Of a stretch of DNA of 64,000 bases, positions 9,202 through 19,575 are shown piece by piece. The notes beneath the pieces were generated by a model that saw nothing but the letters and a program-made list of their open reading frames with translations, was not told the DNA's origin and did not search any database. This DNA is from Acidimicrobiia bacterium (GTDB lineage Bacteria; Actinomycetota; Acidimicrobiia; Spongiisociales; ZC4RG35), in NCBI GenBank assembly GCA_965215185.1, contig OZ244034.1, positions 1,568,001 to 1,632,000 on the forward strand. The letters run 5' to 3'. The first letter of the stretch is position 1. Each line of letters opens with the position of its first letter. Both the position numbers and the translations under genes were made by a program.

Positions 9202-11652
9202 GAGTGTTGCCATCTGGCCTCGGGTCACTGGTTGGGTGGGGCAGTAGCGCAGGGGCCCCGTGCTGCAGCCAATGGTGATTCCGGCTGCGGCGAGGGCGTC
9301 GATATGAGCCTCGTGGGTGTTGCCCGCAGTGTCGCTGAACCCTGCTGATGCGGCCGGGTGGAGGTCGAAGGAACGTACTAGGAACGACGCCATCTGGGCT
9401 CGGGTTACCGAATCGTCAGGGCAGTACCTCCGCGGCTGGGTCGCGCATCCCTTGGTGATTTGCAGTGCCGCAAGCCGCTCCACGTAGGGCATCCACCACG
9501 CCTGGGTCTCTACGTCATGGAAGGACGTCTGGTTGACCGCGGGCGGGTCTTGGCTGTCGAGTGCCCGTACCAGCCATACCGCCACAGTCCACCGTTTGAT
9601 TGCAGCGTTGGGACAGATGCTAGAAACGGCGCATTCAGTGTCATCCAGGACGCCTCTCTCAGCCAGGGCCTCCAGCGCCGCCGCATGAGTGTTCCCCAGG
9701 GTGTCGACGAACAATGGACAGATCCCTACACCCGCGATCGGCAAGTTATCAAAGGGTGACCCCGAAGACCCCGGCGCCCGGGGCACGCACAAGCCGGTGC
9801 CGGAAACCTGCAGTTCGGTGAGGTTTGTCAAGTCGGAGATCCCGTACGGAAGGCCACCGCTCAGGTCGTTACCGGAGAGGTCAAGCCGGATGAGTTCGGT
9901 CAGTTGACCAATCTCTTCGGGTACCGATCCCATCAAGCCGTTGCCGAACGGGCCGCTGAGGTCGATCTCGGTTACCCGTCCGGCGGAGTCTGTAGATAAA
10001 CCGTGCCATTGACTCAGCAGCGCGTCGGTCTTCCAGCCCCAGGTATTGAACCAGGTGTCTCCGCCCGTGCTGTCGAACAATGCCACGAGTGCCGCCCGGT
10101 CGCCCACATGAGCAGGAGCACCCGATGGGGCGGGACCGTAGGTGTAGTTGGCGGCGGCGCTTAGAACCGTCCTACGTAGACGGTTGCAAGTCCCAAGAAC
10201 GATGATGCCGGGTTTGTTTGCGATCATTGCGAACGTGAGTGTCTCGCCATTGGGTGCCACAGTCGTCCCGGCCAGAGCGGTCGCGTCGTCGAGTTGGCCC
10301 GTCTTTGCTCTCACAGTGTTGAGCTGCTTTTCGCTTCCCCGAGACCGAACCGGTCCGCAGCTTCTCAGCGTTCCTCTCTCGCCTGACACGGACAGACCCT
10401 CGACCAGTGGTGAACCTGGACCTGCCAGCACCAGCAATTCTGCGACAGCCGCACAGGTGAGGCGGTTGGAGTAAGACAGGCCCGAGCCATCAGCGATTAC
10501 AAGTCCGTCCGCCAGGGGTCCCAGCTTTTGACGCAGAAGTGTTTGAACGCTGGCCGCTGCAGTGGCGCGATCCGAGCCTCCGGTTCGGCGGCCGATCTCC
10601 TTCAGGAGCATTTCTGCAATGGTGTTGTCTGAGTAGCTCAGCATGCGGGTGAGGATCTCGGACAAAGGCGGTGACTCGATGGCGCCGAGCATCGTCCGCT
10701 TGCTCAGAGCCGGAGCCACGCCGGCCAAAGGCCTCTGCGTGATCACCATTCCCCGCGCCTCAAGGAGGTTGTCGAAGACCGAAGCGGCATGCTGGGCAGG
10801 GTTCCCCGCTCGCACACTCCGGCGTCGGCCCTCGCTCGTTAACGTCGGCGAGTAGGACGAGAATCCGCCGTTGAGAAGCAGGGCAGACAGCGGGCCGGCA
10901 TTGTTAGAGGTCACGAAGGAGCGTTTCCACACAGGGTCAGCGCCCTCGGACAGAAACTCTCCGGTATAGTCCCGTTGCTTTTCAGGGAACCAGGACTCGT
11001 CTCCCACCAACCCGCCCTCGATTCTTCTGACGCCACGGGCGGCGAGAGTTGCGAACACCCGGTCAGCGAGCTTGGTGATGTCGGTGTGGGCAACAGGAAC
11101 TCCATAGCGATTGGCATAGCCGGACGTGGACAGCACCGGATCGCCCTGCCCGATGAGGTACAAGTCGCCTCTCAGCACCCCGCCGGTGATCGACTCCATA
11201 GCATCGGCCCGGGCAAACACTTCCGTGGAATAGACCTCGTCGGGGCGAATGACCTCGAGGGCGGTGGTGGCGGTAACCACCTTCATGAGAGACGCGGGGA
11301 GGAGGGCTGCTCTGGACTGAGACTCGAAGATCGACTCGTCGTTGAGGACGACTGACAGGCACATCGAATCGGAGGCCTCCCGTAGCGACAGCACAGCCGA
11401 GAACTCCCCTGCCAGACGATCACGTGTCTCTTGGTCCAGCGGCGCCGATTCATTCGCAGACGATCCGAATGCCGTCAGAGGAAACAGCAACGACGCCAGG
11501 AACGCCACCAGGGAGAGGGCGATGAAACGTCTAGCCCGGCGACGCGCGGCCGTCCCTATCCCCCGCAGCCGAACCGTCGGCCTGCCATCCCGCAGGCGCC
11601 GGACACTGTCGCTGCGTCGTCCTTCCAAAGAGGGTCGCATCAAAGGAGCCAT
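9175..11652 (-). CDS. dacB: D-Ala-D-Ala carboxypeptidase/endopeptidase (peptidase S13) fused to LRR and three SLH domains
   Basis: PASLMK (SxxK), SDN, DGSGLS..N, AKTG; DRAALVALF..W..GRVTEIDL LRR cap and repeats; SLH motifs VTRAQMA/VTRGQMA. Confidence 0.85.
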   Translation of the reverse strand: MAPLMRPSLEGRRSDSVRRLRDGRPTVRLRGIGTAARRRARRFIALSLVAFLASLLFPLTAFGSSANESAPLDQETRDRLAGEFSAVLSLREASDSMCLSVVLNDESIFESQSRAALLPASLMKVVTATTALEVIRPDEVYSTEVFARADAMESITGGVLRGDLYLIGQGDPVLSTSGYANRYGVPVAHTDITKLADRVFATLAARGVRRIEGGLVGDESWFPEKQRDYTGEFLSEGADPVWKRSFVTSNNAGPLSALLLNGGFSSYSPTLTSEGRRRSVRAGNPAQHAASVFDNLLEARGMVITQRPLAGVAPALSKRTMLGAIESPPLSEILTRMLSYSDNTIAEMLLKEIGRRTGGSDRATAAASVQTLLRQKLGPLADGLVIADGSGLSYSNRLTCAAVAELLVLAGPGSPLVEGLSVSGERGTLRSCGPVRSRGSEKQLNTVRAKTGQLDDATALAGTTVAPNGETLTFAMIANKPGIIVLGTCNRLRRTVLSAAANYTYGPAPSGAPAHVGDRAALVALFDSTGGDTWFNTWGWKTDALLSQWHGLSTDSAGRVTEIDLSGPFGNGLMGSVPEEIGQLTELIRLDLSGNDLSGGLPYGISDLTNLTELQVSGTGLCVPRAPGSSGSPFDNLPIAGVGICPLFVDTLGNTHAAALEALAERGVLDDTECAVSSICPNAAIKRWTVAVWLVRALDSQDPPAVNQTSFHDVETQAWWMPYVERLAALQITKGCATQPRRYCPDDSVTRAQMASFLVRSFDLHPAASAGFSDTAGNTHEAHIDALAAAGITIGCSTGPLRYCPTQPVTRGQMATLLARALGIE

Positions 11653-11729
11653 TCTATGGGACTGGGCGAAGAATCATAGAGCCTTAGAAATTGCTGGCCC
11701 TGCTGTCGTGAAGGGCTCAGTTCGTCCTG

Positions 11730-11977
11730 CGGTGTACTTTCCGGACGGGCGCTTCGGAGGGGCGTCGCGGTTCGTGCCGCTGTTTCGTCTAAGGAGATCA
11801 AGGGAGATACCTCGATGACCTCGAACCCGTTGACGGTGATGTCGATGACGGCCGGACAGTGTAAACCCGGTCAACCACCCGGGCGCCGGTCAGAGGATAT
11901 GAGCACCGCTCGACGAGGTTGGGTGTCCCCTCCCGGTCGCAACGCATCGTTAACACCTGCACGATCTTAACCCCGGA
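11730..11977 (-). pseudogene. Degenerate inverted copy of the CoA-transferase beta 3' half
   Basis: GVKIVQVLT..CDREGTPNLVERCSYPLTG..VYT, 1-bp deletion, then AVIDITVNGFEVIEVS; colinear with 211-455. Confidence 0.8.
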
Positions 11978-12188
11978 TGGCATGGTCTGGGTCGTGGCCA
12001 AAGGGAATTATCGGGAGCGCCGGGAGGTCGAAGGGCTACTCAAGGGCGGGCGGAGCCTGGGGTGGTTCCGAAACGTCTACTCATGTTTCAGGACATCCCA
12101 TAAACCAGATCCACAGCCTATTCGTAACATACCCTACGCTCCGATCTACTCTGAAGGTAGAGGCAACTGATGACAAGGAGTTCGCCGA

Positions 12189-13172
12189 ATGAACCATATG
12201 AGAACCGGATCCGGAGACCCCCCCATACCCCCACCTTCAGTCCGAGATGTGCAAGAGGCCGCCCGACGGATAAGCGGAGTGGCGATACGCACGCCGCTGC
12301 TGAGGTACAAACCTTCTGAGCCCGGAGAACCCATCTGGCTTAAGGCAGAGTGCCTCCAGCCTGTCGGATCGTTCAAGCTACGAGGGGTGTTCAACTGGGC
12401 ACGATCGCTGTCCGACGCTGAGCTTGCAAGGGGAGTGACCACGCAGAGCGCGGGCAACACCGCGCAGGCCCTCGGGTACGCGGCCCGGCTGCTGGGGGTT
12501 CCGGCCCGAAGTCTCTTGCCCGACAGCGCCCCGAAAGTGAAGGTCGATGGGGTCCGCGCTTACGGCGTCACGCCGGTACCGGTGCCATTCTCGGCACTGA
12601 TGGACTACGTATTTGACAAGGGATGGGAGAAAGAGCCTTACAGCTACCTCAACCCTTGGGGGGATCCCTCGATGCTGGCGGGCTCCGGAACGATTGCGAT
12701 CGAGATCTTGGATGAGCTTCCCGAGGTGACGGCAATCTATATACCCGTAGGTGGCGGCGGATTGGTGGCTGGTATAGGCAGTGTGATCAAAGAACTCCGA
12801 CCGGCCGTAGAGATCATAGGAGTTCAAAGCATGGCCTGTCCCTCTCTCCGAGCAGCCCTGGACGCCGGTGAACCGAGATGGGTCGAAACAGGAGAAACGA
12901 TATGTGACGGCACGATGGTGCCGGTGGTGGTCGATGAGATGTACCCATTGGTGAGTTCTGTGGTCGACAGGGTCGTCCTGGTTTCGGAAGCCGATGTCCG
13001 CAGGGCCATCGCTCATCTGGTATTGAGGAACAAGCTGGTGGTTGAGGGGTCCGGCGCCATGTCGCTGGCGGCCGCCCTCAGGGAGGAGCGGGATGGTCCG
13101 GTTGCTTGCATTCTGAGCGGCGGGAGCATCGGCGCGGACCGGTTGGCGGACATCCTGACTGCGGAAGCCTAG
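12189..13172 (+). CDS. PLP-dependent threonine/serine dehydratase family enzyme
   Basis: LKAECLQPVGSFKLRG, SAGN, PVGGGGL, VVEGSGA, LSGG. Confidence 0.85.
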   Translation: MNHMRTGSGDPPIPPPSVRDVQEAARRISGVAIRTPLLRYKPSEPGEPIWLKAECLQPVGSFKLRGVFNWARSLSDAELARGVTTQSAGNTAQALGYAARLLGVPARSLLPDSAPKVKVDGVRAYGVTPVPVPFSALMDYVFDKGWEKEPYSYLNPWGDPSMLAGSGTIAIEILDELPEVTAIYIPVGGGGLVAGIGSVIKELRPAVEIIGVQSMACPSLRAALDAGEPRWVETGETICDGTMVPVVVDEMYPLVSSVVDRVVLVSEADVRRAIAHLVLRNKLVVEGSGAMSLAAALREERDGPVACILSGGSIGADRLADILTAEA

Positions 13173-13335
13173 CGAAGGTCACACGTTCGGGTCTCATCGG
13201 TATCCAAGCGATGTCCAGCTCGTGAGTAGTGAATGGAGCGTGCTGACCAGCGACGAGTCTTTGTCTGCGGTGGTGTCGATCGCGACTGGCTGATGCCTAC
13301 CAGGCAGGTTTCGACAACGCCATCAACCACTGACC

Positions 13336-14862
13336 TCAGCTGAGAGGGCCCGTCACCATCTCGACTGCCCTCACCAGCGTCTCTTCTTCGAGCAGCTGCT
13401 CAGCCGCTAGAAGCTCGGGCGCCAGGGGACGGTCGGGACCAGGTCCGGGAACCCGGGTCCGCAACAAGTCTACGGCCGCTGCGGTGGCATCAGCCGGCAG
13501 TAGGGGGGCGCGCAGTTCCACGGCCCGAGCCGCAGTGACCCACTCGATGGCCAGGATGCGACGCAGGTTGTCGACCACGCGGCGAAGTTTGCGGGCCGCG
13601 CTCCAGCCCATCGAGACATGATCCTCCTGCATGGCCGAGGTGGGGATCGAATCGACTACTGCGGGGGCGGCCAGACGGCGGTTCTCGGCGCACATCGCAG
13701 CCGCGGTGTACTGGGCGATCATCAAGCCGCTGTCGACACCGGGGTCGGCGGCCAGGAAAGGAGGTAGACCGTGGGAGCGGTTGGAGTCGAGCAACCGGTC
13801 GAGACGACGCTCGGCGATAGCGCCGACCTCAGCCAGGGCGATCGCCAGGTAATCGGCCGCCATTGCCACCGGCTCCCCATGAAAGTTGCCACACGACTCG
13901 ATCCGGCCGTCGGGAAGCACCATCGGATTGTCGATGGCCGACGCCAGCTCCCGGTCCGCCACACCCGTCACGAACCCCAGGGTGTCGCGCGCCGCGCCAT
14001 GAACCTGGGGGGTGCACCGGATCGAGTAAGCGTCCTGCACCCGAACATCGCCGGTGCGGTGGCTGGCGACGATCGGCGATCCCGCCAGCACGACGCGGAG
14101 GTTGGCGGCGCTCAACGCCTGACCTGGATGCGGCCTGAGCGCCTGGAGGTCGGCAGCGTATGCCCGGTCGGTACCCATGAGACCCTCGACGCTGAGGGCC
14201 GCCACGATGTCGGCGACGGTGAGGAGCACAGAAGCGTCATGAACCGCAAGACAGAGCATGCCCAGGATCCCGTCGGTCCCGTTGATGAGCGCCAAGCCCT
14301 CCTTCTCTACCAGCTCCACCGGCTCGATGCCCGCCTGAGCCATCGCCGCCCGGCCTTCGCCTACGCCCACGTCGGTAAGGACCTCGCCCTCACCGATGAG
14401 GACCAACGCCGCGTGGGCCAGAGGCGCCAGGTCGCCACTGGCACCGAGGGAGCCATGCTCGGGGACGACGGGAACGACACCCGCGTTAATCATCCGCACC
14501 AGCGTCTCGGCGACCAGCGGTCGCGCCCCCGAGAAGCCGAGGGCCAGGGTCCGCGTCCGCAGAAACATCATAGCCCGAACGACTTCGATCTCTACAGCCG
14601 ACCCCATCCCTGCTGCGTGGGAGCGGATCAGGGAACGCTGGAGTGCAGCCCGTCGATCGGTGGGAATCGTCGTGGAGGCCAGGGCGCCGAAGCCGGTGGA
14701 GACACCGTAGGTAGGGTCGCCCTCCGCCAGGTGTTCGACGATCCGGCGAGTAACGGACATCCGCTCGATAGCGAAATCGCTGAGATGAACCTGCTCCCCG
14801 CGGCGCGCAACCGCAACAACATCGGAGATTGTTACGCCGGGACCTTCGAGCTCCACACTCAT
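13336..14862 (-). CDS. hutH: Histidine ammonia-lyase
   Basis: YGVSTGFG, GSLGASGDLAPL (MIO ASG), KEGLALING, QDAYSIRC, GNFHG, QEDHVSMG. Confidence 0.95.
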   Translation of the reverse strand: MSVELEGPGVTISDVVAVARRGEQVHLSDFAIERMSVTRRIVEHLAEGDPTYGVSTGFGALASTTIPTDRRAALQRSLIRSHAAGMGSAVEIEVVRAMMFLRTRTLALGFSGARPLVAETLVRMINAGVVPVVPEHGSLGASGDLAPLAHAALVLIGEGEVLTDVGVGEGRAAMAQAGIEPVELVEKEGLALINGTDGILGMLCLAVHDASVLLTVADIVAALSVEGLMGTDRAYAADLQALRPHPGQALSAANLRVVLAGSPIVASHRTGDVRVQDAYSIRCTPQVHGAARDTLGFVTGVADRELASAIDNPMVLPDGRIESCGNFHGEPVAMAADYLAIALAEVGAIAERRLDRLLDSNRSHGLPPFLAADPGVDSGLMIAQYTAAAMCAENRRLAAPAVVDSIPTSAMQEDHVSMGWSAARKLRRVVDNLRRILAIEWVTAARAVELRAPLLPADATAAAVDLLRTRVPGPGPDRPLAPELLAAEQLLEEETLVRAVEMVTGPLS

Positions 14863-15581
14863 GGACGTACTGACTTAGCCCTGCAAAGAGAGCTCGACGT
14901 AGCCTCAGCGGCATCTACCACGGCCGCGGTTGCAATCTCCAAGCGCTCCCCGACAAGCCGCTCGGCAGGACCCAGGACCGAGAAGGCCCCGATCACACCT
15001 GCCGACTCGTGGATGGGCGCCACCACGGCGGTGACATCGGGCTCGATTGCGCCGGTGTTGAGCACCGACTTCGACCGAACGCCGAGCACCGGCGCTTCGC
15101 TGAGCAGAGCCTCACCTACCGCGGTGCCCTCAAGTGGCACCGACTTGCCTACCCAGCCGACGTGACGGATGGCCCGCCGGCTCTCGACCGTGGCAATGTA
15201 GACCGCCTCGCTTCCATCCCGCACGGCCAGATACGCAGACTCTTCAGTGACCTCGGCCAAACGCTCGAGGCCCGGTTGGGCCACCGCCATGAGTCGGGCG
15301 TAGGGACCCGACTGGAAAGAGGCCACAGCGATACGCACGAACGCGGGTCCGACCGAGTACAGACCCCGATCGTCCCGTACCAGATAGCCCCGGTTCGTCA
15401 GAAGCCGTAGATGCCGCAAGGCGGTGCTGGTTGGTATATCAGCCTCGGCGGCCGCGTCCGTGAGGGTGACCGCCCCGTTGGTGATGACAGTGTCCAGTAA
15501 GGCGAGCACCCGCTCCGCCGAACGTGACTTGTGCAGGGTCGATGGGGACTCGCCATTGGATGCAGGCCTATCGGAAGCCAT
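14859..15581 (-). CDS. IclR-family regulator of hut genes
   Basis: SAERVLALL HTH plus IclR effector domain (VTEESAYL, TAVGEALL, FSVLGP..RL); start uncertain (15581 or 15611). Confidence 0.85.
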   Translation of the reverse strand: MASDRPASNGESPSTLHKSRSAERVLALLDTVITNGAVTLTDAAAEADIPTSTALRHLRLLTNRGYLVRDDRGLYSVGPAFVRIAVASFQSGPYARLMAVAQPGLERLAEVTEESAYLAVRDGSEAVYIATVESRRAIRHVGWVGKSVPLEGTAVGEALLSEAPVLGVRSKSVLNTGAIEPDVTAVVAPIHESAGVIGAFSVLGPAERLVGERLEIATAAVVDAAEATSSSLCRAKSVRP

Positions 15582-15605
15582 GCGATCGGGTCTGAGGTTG
15601 ACTGA

Positions 15606-15620
15606 TTTCATTGAATGAAA
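15606..15620. promoter_or_regulatory. Putative IclR operator
   Basis: Perfect palindrome TTTCAT-TGA-ATGAAA between divergent iclR and hutU; a second CCAT-N7-ATGG at 15652-15666 overlaps TATAAT. Confidence 0.6.
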
Positions 15621-15720
15621 AGCGTTGCTAGTAATCGACAGCATAGATGCACCATCGGTATAATGGCAACAAGCAGCCCGGACTTGTAAACGACCCACCG
15701 TGCAAATGTTGTGAGCCACC

Positions 15721-17412
15721 ATGACCGCCATCGGACAACATAGCTCAAGCGCACCACAGGGGGGCGTCCGCTCCCCGAGGGGCAAATCGTTGACCTGCCG
15801 CGGCTGGCCGCAAGAGGCCGCCTTCCGGATGCTTCAGAACAACCTCGACCCCGACGTCGCCGAGCGACCTGACGACTTGGTCGTCTATGGGGGTACGGGC
15901 CGGGCAGCCAGGTCATGGGACGCCTACCACGCAATGATCCGGTCGCTCACCACCCTCGACCACGACGAGACCATGCTCGTGCAGTCCGGCAAACCGGTGG
16001 GCATCCTCCGCACCCATGAGTGGGCGCCCAGGGTCCTCATCGCCAACTCCAACCTGGTCCCCGAATGGGGAACGTGGGACGAGTTCCGACGGCTCGAGCA
16101 CCTTGGCCTCACCATGTACGGGCAGATGACGGCCGGCTCGTGGATCTACATCGGCACCCAGGGCATCTTGCAGGGAACCTACGAATGCTTCGCCGCCATC
16201 GCCCGAAAGCGCTTCGCTGGATCACTGGCCGGCACCCTCACCATCACCGCCGGACTGGGCGGTATGGGTGGCGCCCAGCCGCTGGCCATCACCATGAACG
16301 ACGGCGTAGCCCTTTGCATCGAGGTTGATCCCGAACGAGCGGCTCGCCGTGTCGAGACCCGTTACCTGGACGTGGTCGCCGACAACTACGCCGATGCCCT
16401 CCGTCGCTGCCAAGAGGCGGTTGCGGCCCGAAGGCCCCTATCGGTGGGGTTGGTCGGTAACGCCGCTGACCTGTTGCCTCGCCTGCTGGCCGACGAGGTT
16501 GCGGCCGACATAGTCACCGACCAGACCTCGGCCCACGATCCCCTCACCTATGTCCCCAACGATCTCTCGCTTGAAGAGGCCACAGAGCTACGTAGAAGGA
16601 AGCCCGACGAGTACATCCAGCGGTCGCGCTTGGCCATGGCTACCCACGTCGAGGCCATGGTCGGTTTCCTCGATGCCGGTGCGGAGGTATTCGACTACGG
16701 CAACAGCCTCCGAGCCGAAGCCGCGCTCGGCGGCTACGACCGCGCCTTCGACTATCCCGGATTCCTGCCTGCATACATCCGCCCGCTGTTCTGCGAAGGC
16801 AAGGGGCCGTTTCGTTGGGTGGCCTTGTCTGGCGACCCGGCAGACATCGCCGCCACCGATCGGGCGGTACTCGACGAGTTCCCAGACAACGAAGCTCTTG
16901 CCCGATGGATAGCACTGGCGGGCGAGAGAGTCGCCTTCCAGGGTCTCCCGGCTCGGATCTGCTGGCTGGGTTATGGGGAGCGCCATCGACTAGGGCTACG
17001 GTTCAACGAGATGGTCCGATCGGGAGATCTGGCCGCCCCTATCGTCATCGGCCGCGACCATCTCGACTCCGGCTCGGTAGCTTCGCCATACCGCGAGACC
17101 GAGGACATGGCAGATGGAAGCGATGCCATCGCCGACTGGCCCCTTCTCAACGCCCTGGTCAATACGTCGTCGGGAGCGTCGTGGGTAAGCATCCACCACG
17201 GTGGCGGCGTCGGAATCGGCCGGTCGATCCATGCCGGCCAGGTGTGCGTCGCCGATGGCACCGATCTGGCAGCGGCGAAGCTGGAGCGGGTCCTACTCAA
17301 CGACCCGGCCACCGGGGTCATGCGACACGTCGACGCCGGCTACGACGAGGCCATCCGGGTCGCCGCCGACCGCGGAGTGCGCATACCCATGTCGGAGAAG
17401 ACCCGGCGATAG
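15721..17412 (+). CDS. hutU: Urocanate hydratase
   Basis: [48 protein letters not shown]. Confidence 0.97.
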   Translation: MTAIGQHSSSAPQGGVRSPRGKSLTCRGWPQEAAFRMLQNNLDPDVAERPDDLVVYGGTGRAARSWDAYHAMIRSLTTLDHDETMLVQSGKPVGILRTHEWAPRVLIANSNLVPEWGTWDEFRRLEHLGLTMYGQMTAGSWIYIGTQGILQGTYECFAAIARKRFAGSLAGTLTITAGLGGMGGAQPLAITMNDGVALCIEVDPERAARRVETRYLDVVADNYADALRRCQEAVAARRPLSVGLVGNAADLLPRLLADEVAADIVTDQTSAHDPLTYVPNDLSLEEATELRRRKPDEYIQRSRLAMATHVEAMVGFLDAGAEVFDYGNSLRAEAALGGYDRAFDYPGFLPAYIRPLFCEGKGPFRWVALSGDPADIAATDRAVLDEFPDNEALARWIALAGERVAFQGLPARICWLGYGERHRLGLRFNEMVRSGDLAAPIVIGRDHLDSGSVASPYRETEDMADGSDAIADWPLLNALVNTSSGASWVSIHHGGGVGIGRSIHAGQVCVADGTDLAAAKLERVLLNDPATGVMRHVDAGYDEAIRVAADRGVRIPMSEKTRR

Positions 17413-17648
17413 TGGCCGACAGCCGTTGTCAGGGTGGGCGCCGACCGGATGTCGAAGCTCGCGGCTCAACCCTTCCCCAGCGGCCGTTCCGCCACCCGCA
17501 ACTGTCCTGCCAACCGGTGTCGGTTATCTCGGAGAGCCAACTTGAAGCTATCCACGGAGCCTCACTGGAAGTTCTGCGAGATGGAGGCATCGACATGTTA
17601 CATCCTAAAGCCCGGTCCCCCCTCGACCACGCGCCGTTAACACAATGA
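17412..17648 (+). pseudogene. N-terminal remnant of a trimethylamine methyltransferase (MttB superfamily) gene
   Basis: GTG overlaps the hutU stop; PVSVISESQLEAIHGASLEVLRDGGIDMLHPKAR resembles the MttB N-terminus; stops after 78 codons. Confidence 0.6.
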
Positions 17649-18214
17649 CTGTCCGCCGAATTCTCTCTATCGGCCACCCCATATTGCGGACAAAGACGAC
17701 GCCGGTCCCGCGTGCGGACATCTCCAGCTCGCGTATCCAGGGCCTCATCGACGACCTCATCGACACCATGCGCCACGCCAACGGGGCAGGCATAGCGGCC
17801 AACCAGATAGGAGAAACCGTCCGGATCCTCACCATCGAGGTCAACGACAACCCTCGCTACCCCTACAAGCCCTCTGTGCCCTTGACAGTGGCCATCAATC
17901 CGCAGCTCGAGATCCTGGATGACGAGAAAGTGATCATCAACGAGGGATGTCTGTCGGTGCCGTTGAGAGGCGAGCTTGTCCGCTCGGTCAACCTGCGGGT
18001 CCGCTACACCGATCGAGCGGGCATCGACCACGACCGGGTCGTGCGAGGGCTCACCGCCGGCACCTGGCAGCACGAGTGCGACCACCTCGACGGCATCCTG
18101 GTGGTCGATCGGATCGACCCCACAACGCTCAGTACATGGGAGCAGTTCAAGGTACACCACCACGACGCCTTCGTCGAGCGCATCACTCGCTTCGTCGCCG
18201 AGATCGGATCGTGA
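17645..18214 (+). CDS. def: Peptide deformylase
   Basis: GAGIAANQIG, EGCLSV and QHECDHLDG motifs all intact. Confidence 0.93.
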   Translation: MTVRRILSIGHPILRTKTTPVPRADISSSRIQGLIDDLIDTMRHANGAGIAANQIGETVRILTIEVNDNPRYPYKPSVPLTVAINPQLEILDDEKVIINEGCLSVPLRGELVRSVNLRVRYTDRAGIDHDRVVRGLTAGTWQHECDHLDGILVVDRIDPTTLSTWEQFKVHHHDAFVERITRFVAEIGS

Positions 18215-19575
18215 CCAGATACTGGTGTGAGCTGGCCTGGCTGGGTGGTCCCAGAACCACACAGGGAGTCGTGATCGAAGTCAAGAACGGTCGCATCAGC
18301 GCTATCACATCCGACCAAGTTGCTCCTCCTGCGGGAGCTACACCGCTGCGAGGGTTGACGCTACCGGCGCTGGCCAACGCACACAGCCATGCGTTTCACC
18401 GGGTTCTACGGGGCCGCACTCAGGGTGAGCGGGGCACATTCTGGACCTGGCGCGACCTTATGTACAGGGTCGCGGCTGGCCTCGATCCCGACAACTATTA
18501 CCGACTTGCCCGGGCAACCTTCGCCGAGATGGCTATGGCGGGCATCGGTGTGGTGGGCGAGTTCCACTATGTCCACCACCGTCCCGGCGGGGGTGCCTAC
18601 GACGATCCCAACGCGATGGGGGTCTCTCTGGCGGCAGCAGCCAAGGAGGCCGGTATCCGCCTGACCCTCCTCGACACCTTGTACCTCCACGGTGGTTTCG
18701 CCTCCGACGCGGCATCCGGCTACGCACCGCTGCGACCGGAACAAGCCCGCTTCTCTGATGGCTCTTCCGAGGAATGGGCGGATCGGATGGACGACTTGGC
18801 CGCCACGATCTGCGGTCCGAATACCGCGGTAGGCGCGGCGGTGCACTCGGTGCGCGCTGTGGATCCGACGTCGATTGGGATCGCGGCGCGTTGGGCTGCC
18901 GAAAACCACGCGCCCCTCCACGTCCACGTCTCCGAGCAGCCGGCCGAGAACCGGCGGTGCCTCGAGGCTCATGGCCGAACCCCGATCGCGGTGATAGCCG
19001 GCACGGGGGGTCTCGGTCCCGACACCACGCTGGTCCACGCAACGCACGCCTCCAAAGAAGACGTCTCCCTCGTCGGCGAGGTTGGAGCCAACTGCTGTCT
19101 CTGCCCAACAACCGAGCGCGACCTGGCCGACGGCATCGGCCCCAGCGAAGCGCTCGCTGCTGCCGGCGCCCGCCTCTGCGTGGGCTCGGACTCCCACGCC
19201 ATCATCGACCTCTTCGAGGAGACTCGGACCGTCGAGTTGGGCCAGCGAGTGACCAAACTCGAACGGGGGGTGCACTCCACCGAAACCCTGGCCTTGATGG
19301 CCACCGCCAACGGCTACCGGTCGCTGGGGTGGAGGGAGGGAGGCGCTCTCACACCGGGCTCGCTGGCCGACTTCACCACCATAAGTCTCGACTCGACGCG
19401 CCTCGCCGGCACCGACGCCGCCAATGCACTCGCTGCGGCGATCTTCGCTGCCTCAAGCGCGGATGTACATCATCTGGTGGTCGGCGGAAGGCCCATTGTC
19501 GTCGGCGGGACCCATGTCTCGATCGATGTCGGATCCGAACTCGACTCCATCATCCCCAAGGTGGTGACCTCATGA
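18211..19575 (+). CDS. hutF: Formimidoylglutamate deiminase
   Basis: [55 protein letters not shown]; GTGA overlap with def. Confidence 0.93.
   Translation: MTRYWCELAWLGGPRTTQGVVIEVKNGRISAITSDQVAPPAGATPLRGLTLPALANAHSHAFHRVLRGRTQGERGTFWTWRDLMYRVAAGLDPDNYYRLARATFAEMAMAGIGVVGEFHYVHHRPGGGAYDDPNAMGVSLAAAAKEAGIRLTLLDTLYLHGGFASDAASGYAPLRPEQARFSDGSSEEWADRMDDLAATICGPNTAVGAAVHSVRAVDPTSIGIAARWAAENHAPLHVHVSEQPAENRRCLEAHGRTPIAVIAGTGGLGPDTTLVHATHASKEDVSLVGEVGANCCLCPTTERDLADGIGPSEALAAAGARLCVGSDSHAIIDLFEETRTVELGQRVTKLERGVHSTETLALMATANGYRSLGWREGGALTPGSLADFTTISLDSTRLAGTDAANALAAAIFAASSADVHHLVVGGRPIVVGGTHVSIDVGSELDSIIPKVVTS

Noticed and set aside
13771-15165. 464-aa + strand ORF, and similar long shadow ORFs at 614-1663, 41213-42769 and 40751-41740
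   Set aside because: Antisense or alternate-frame shadows of well-supported genes in high-GC DNA, with no motifs.
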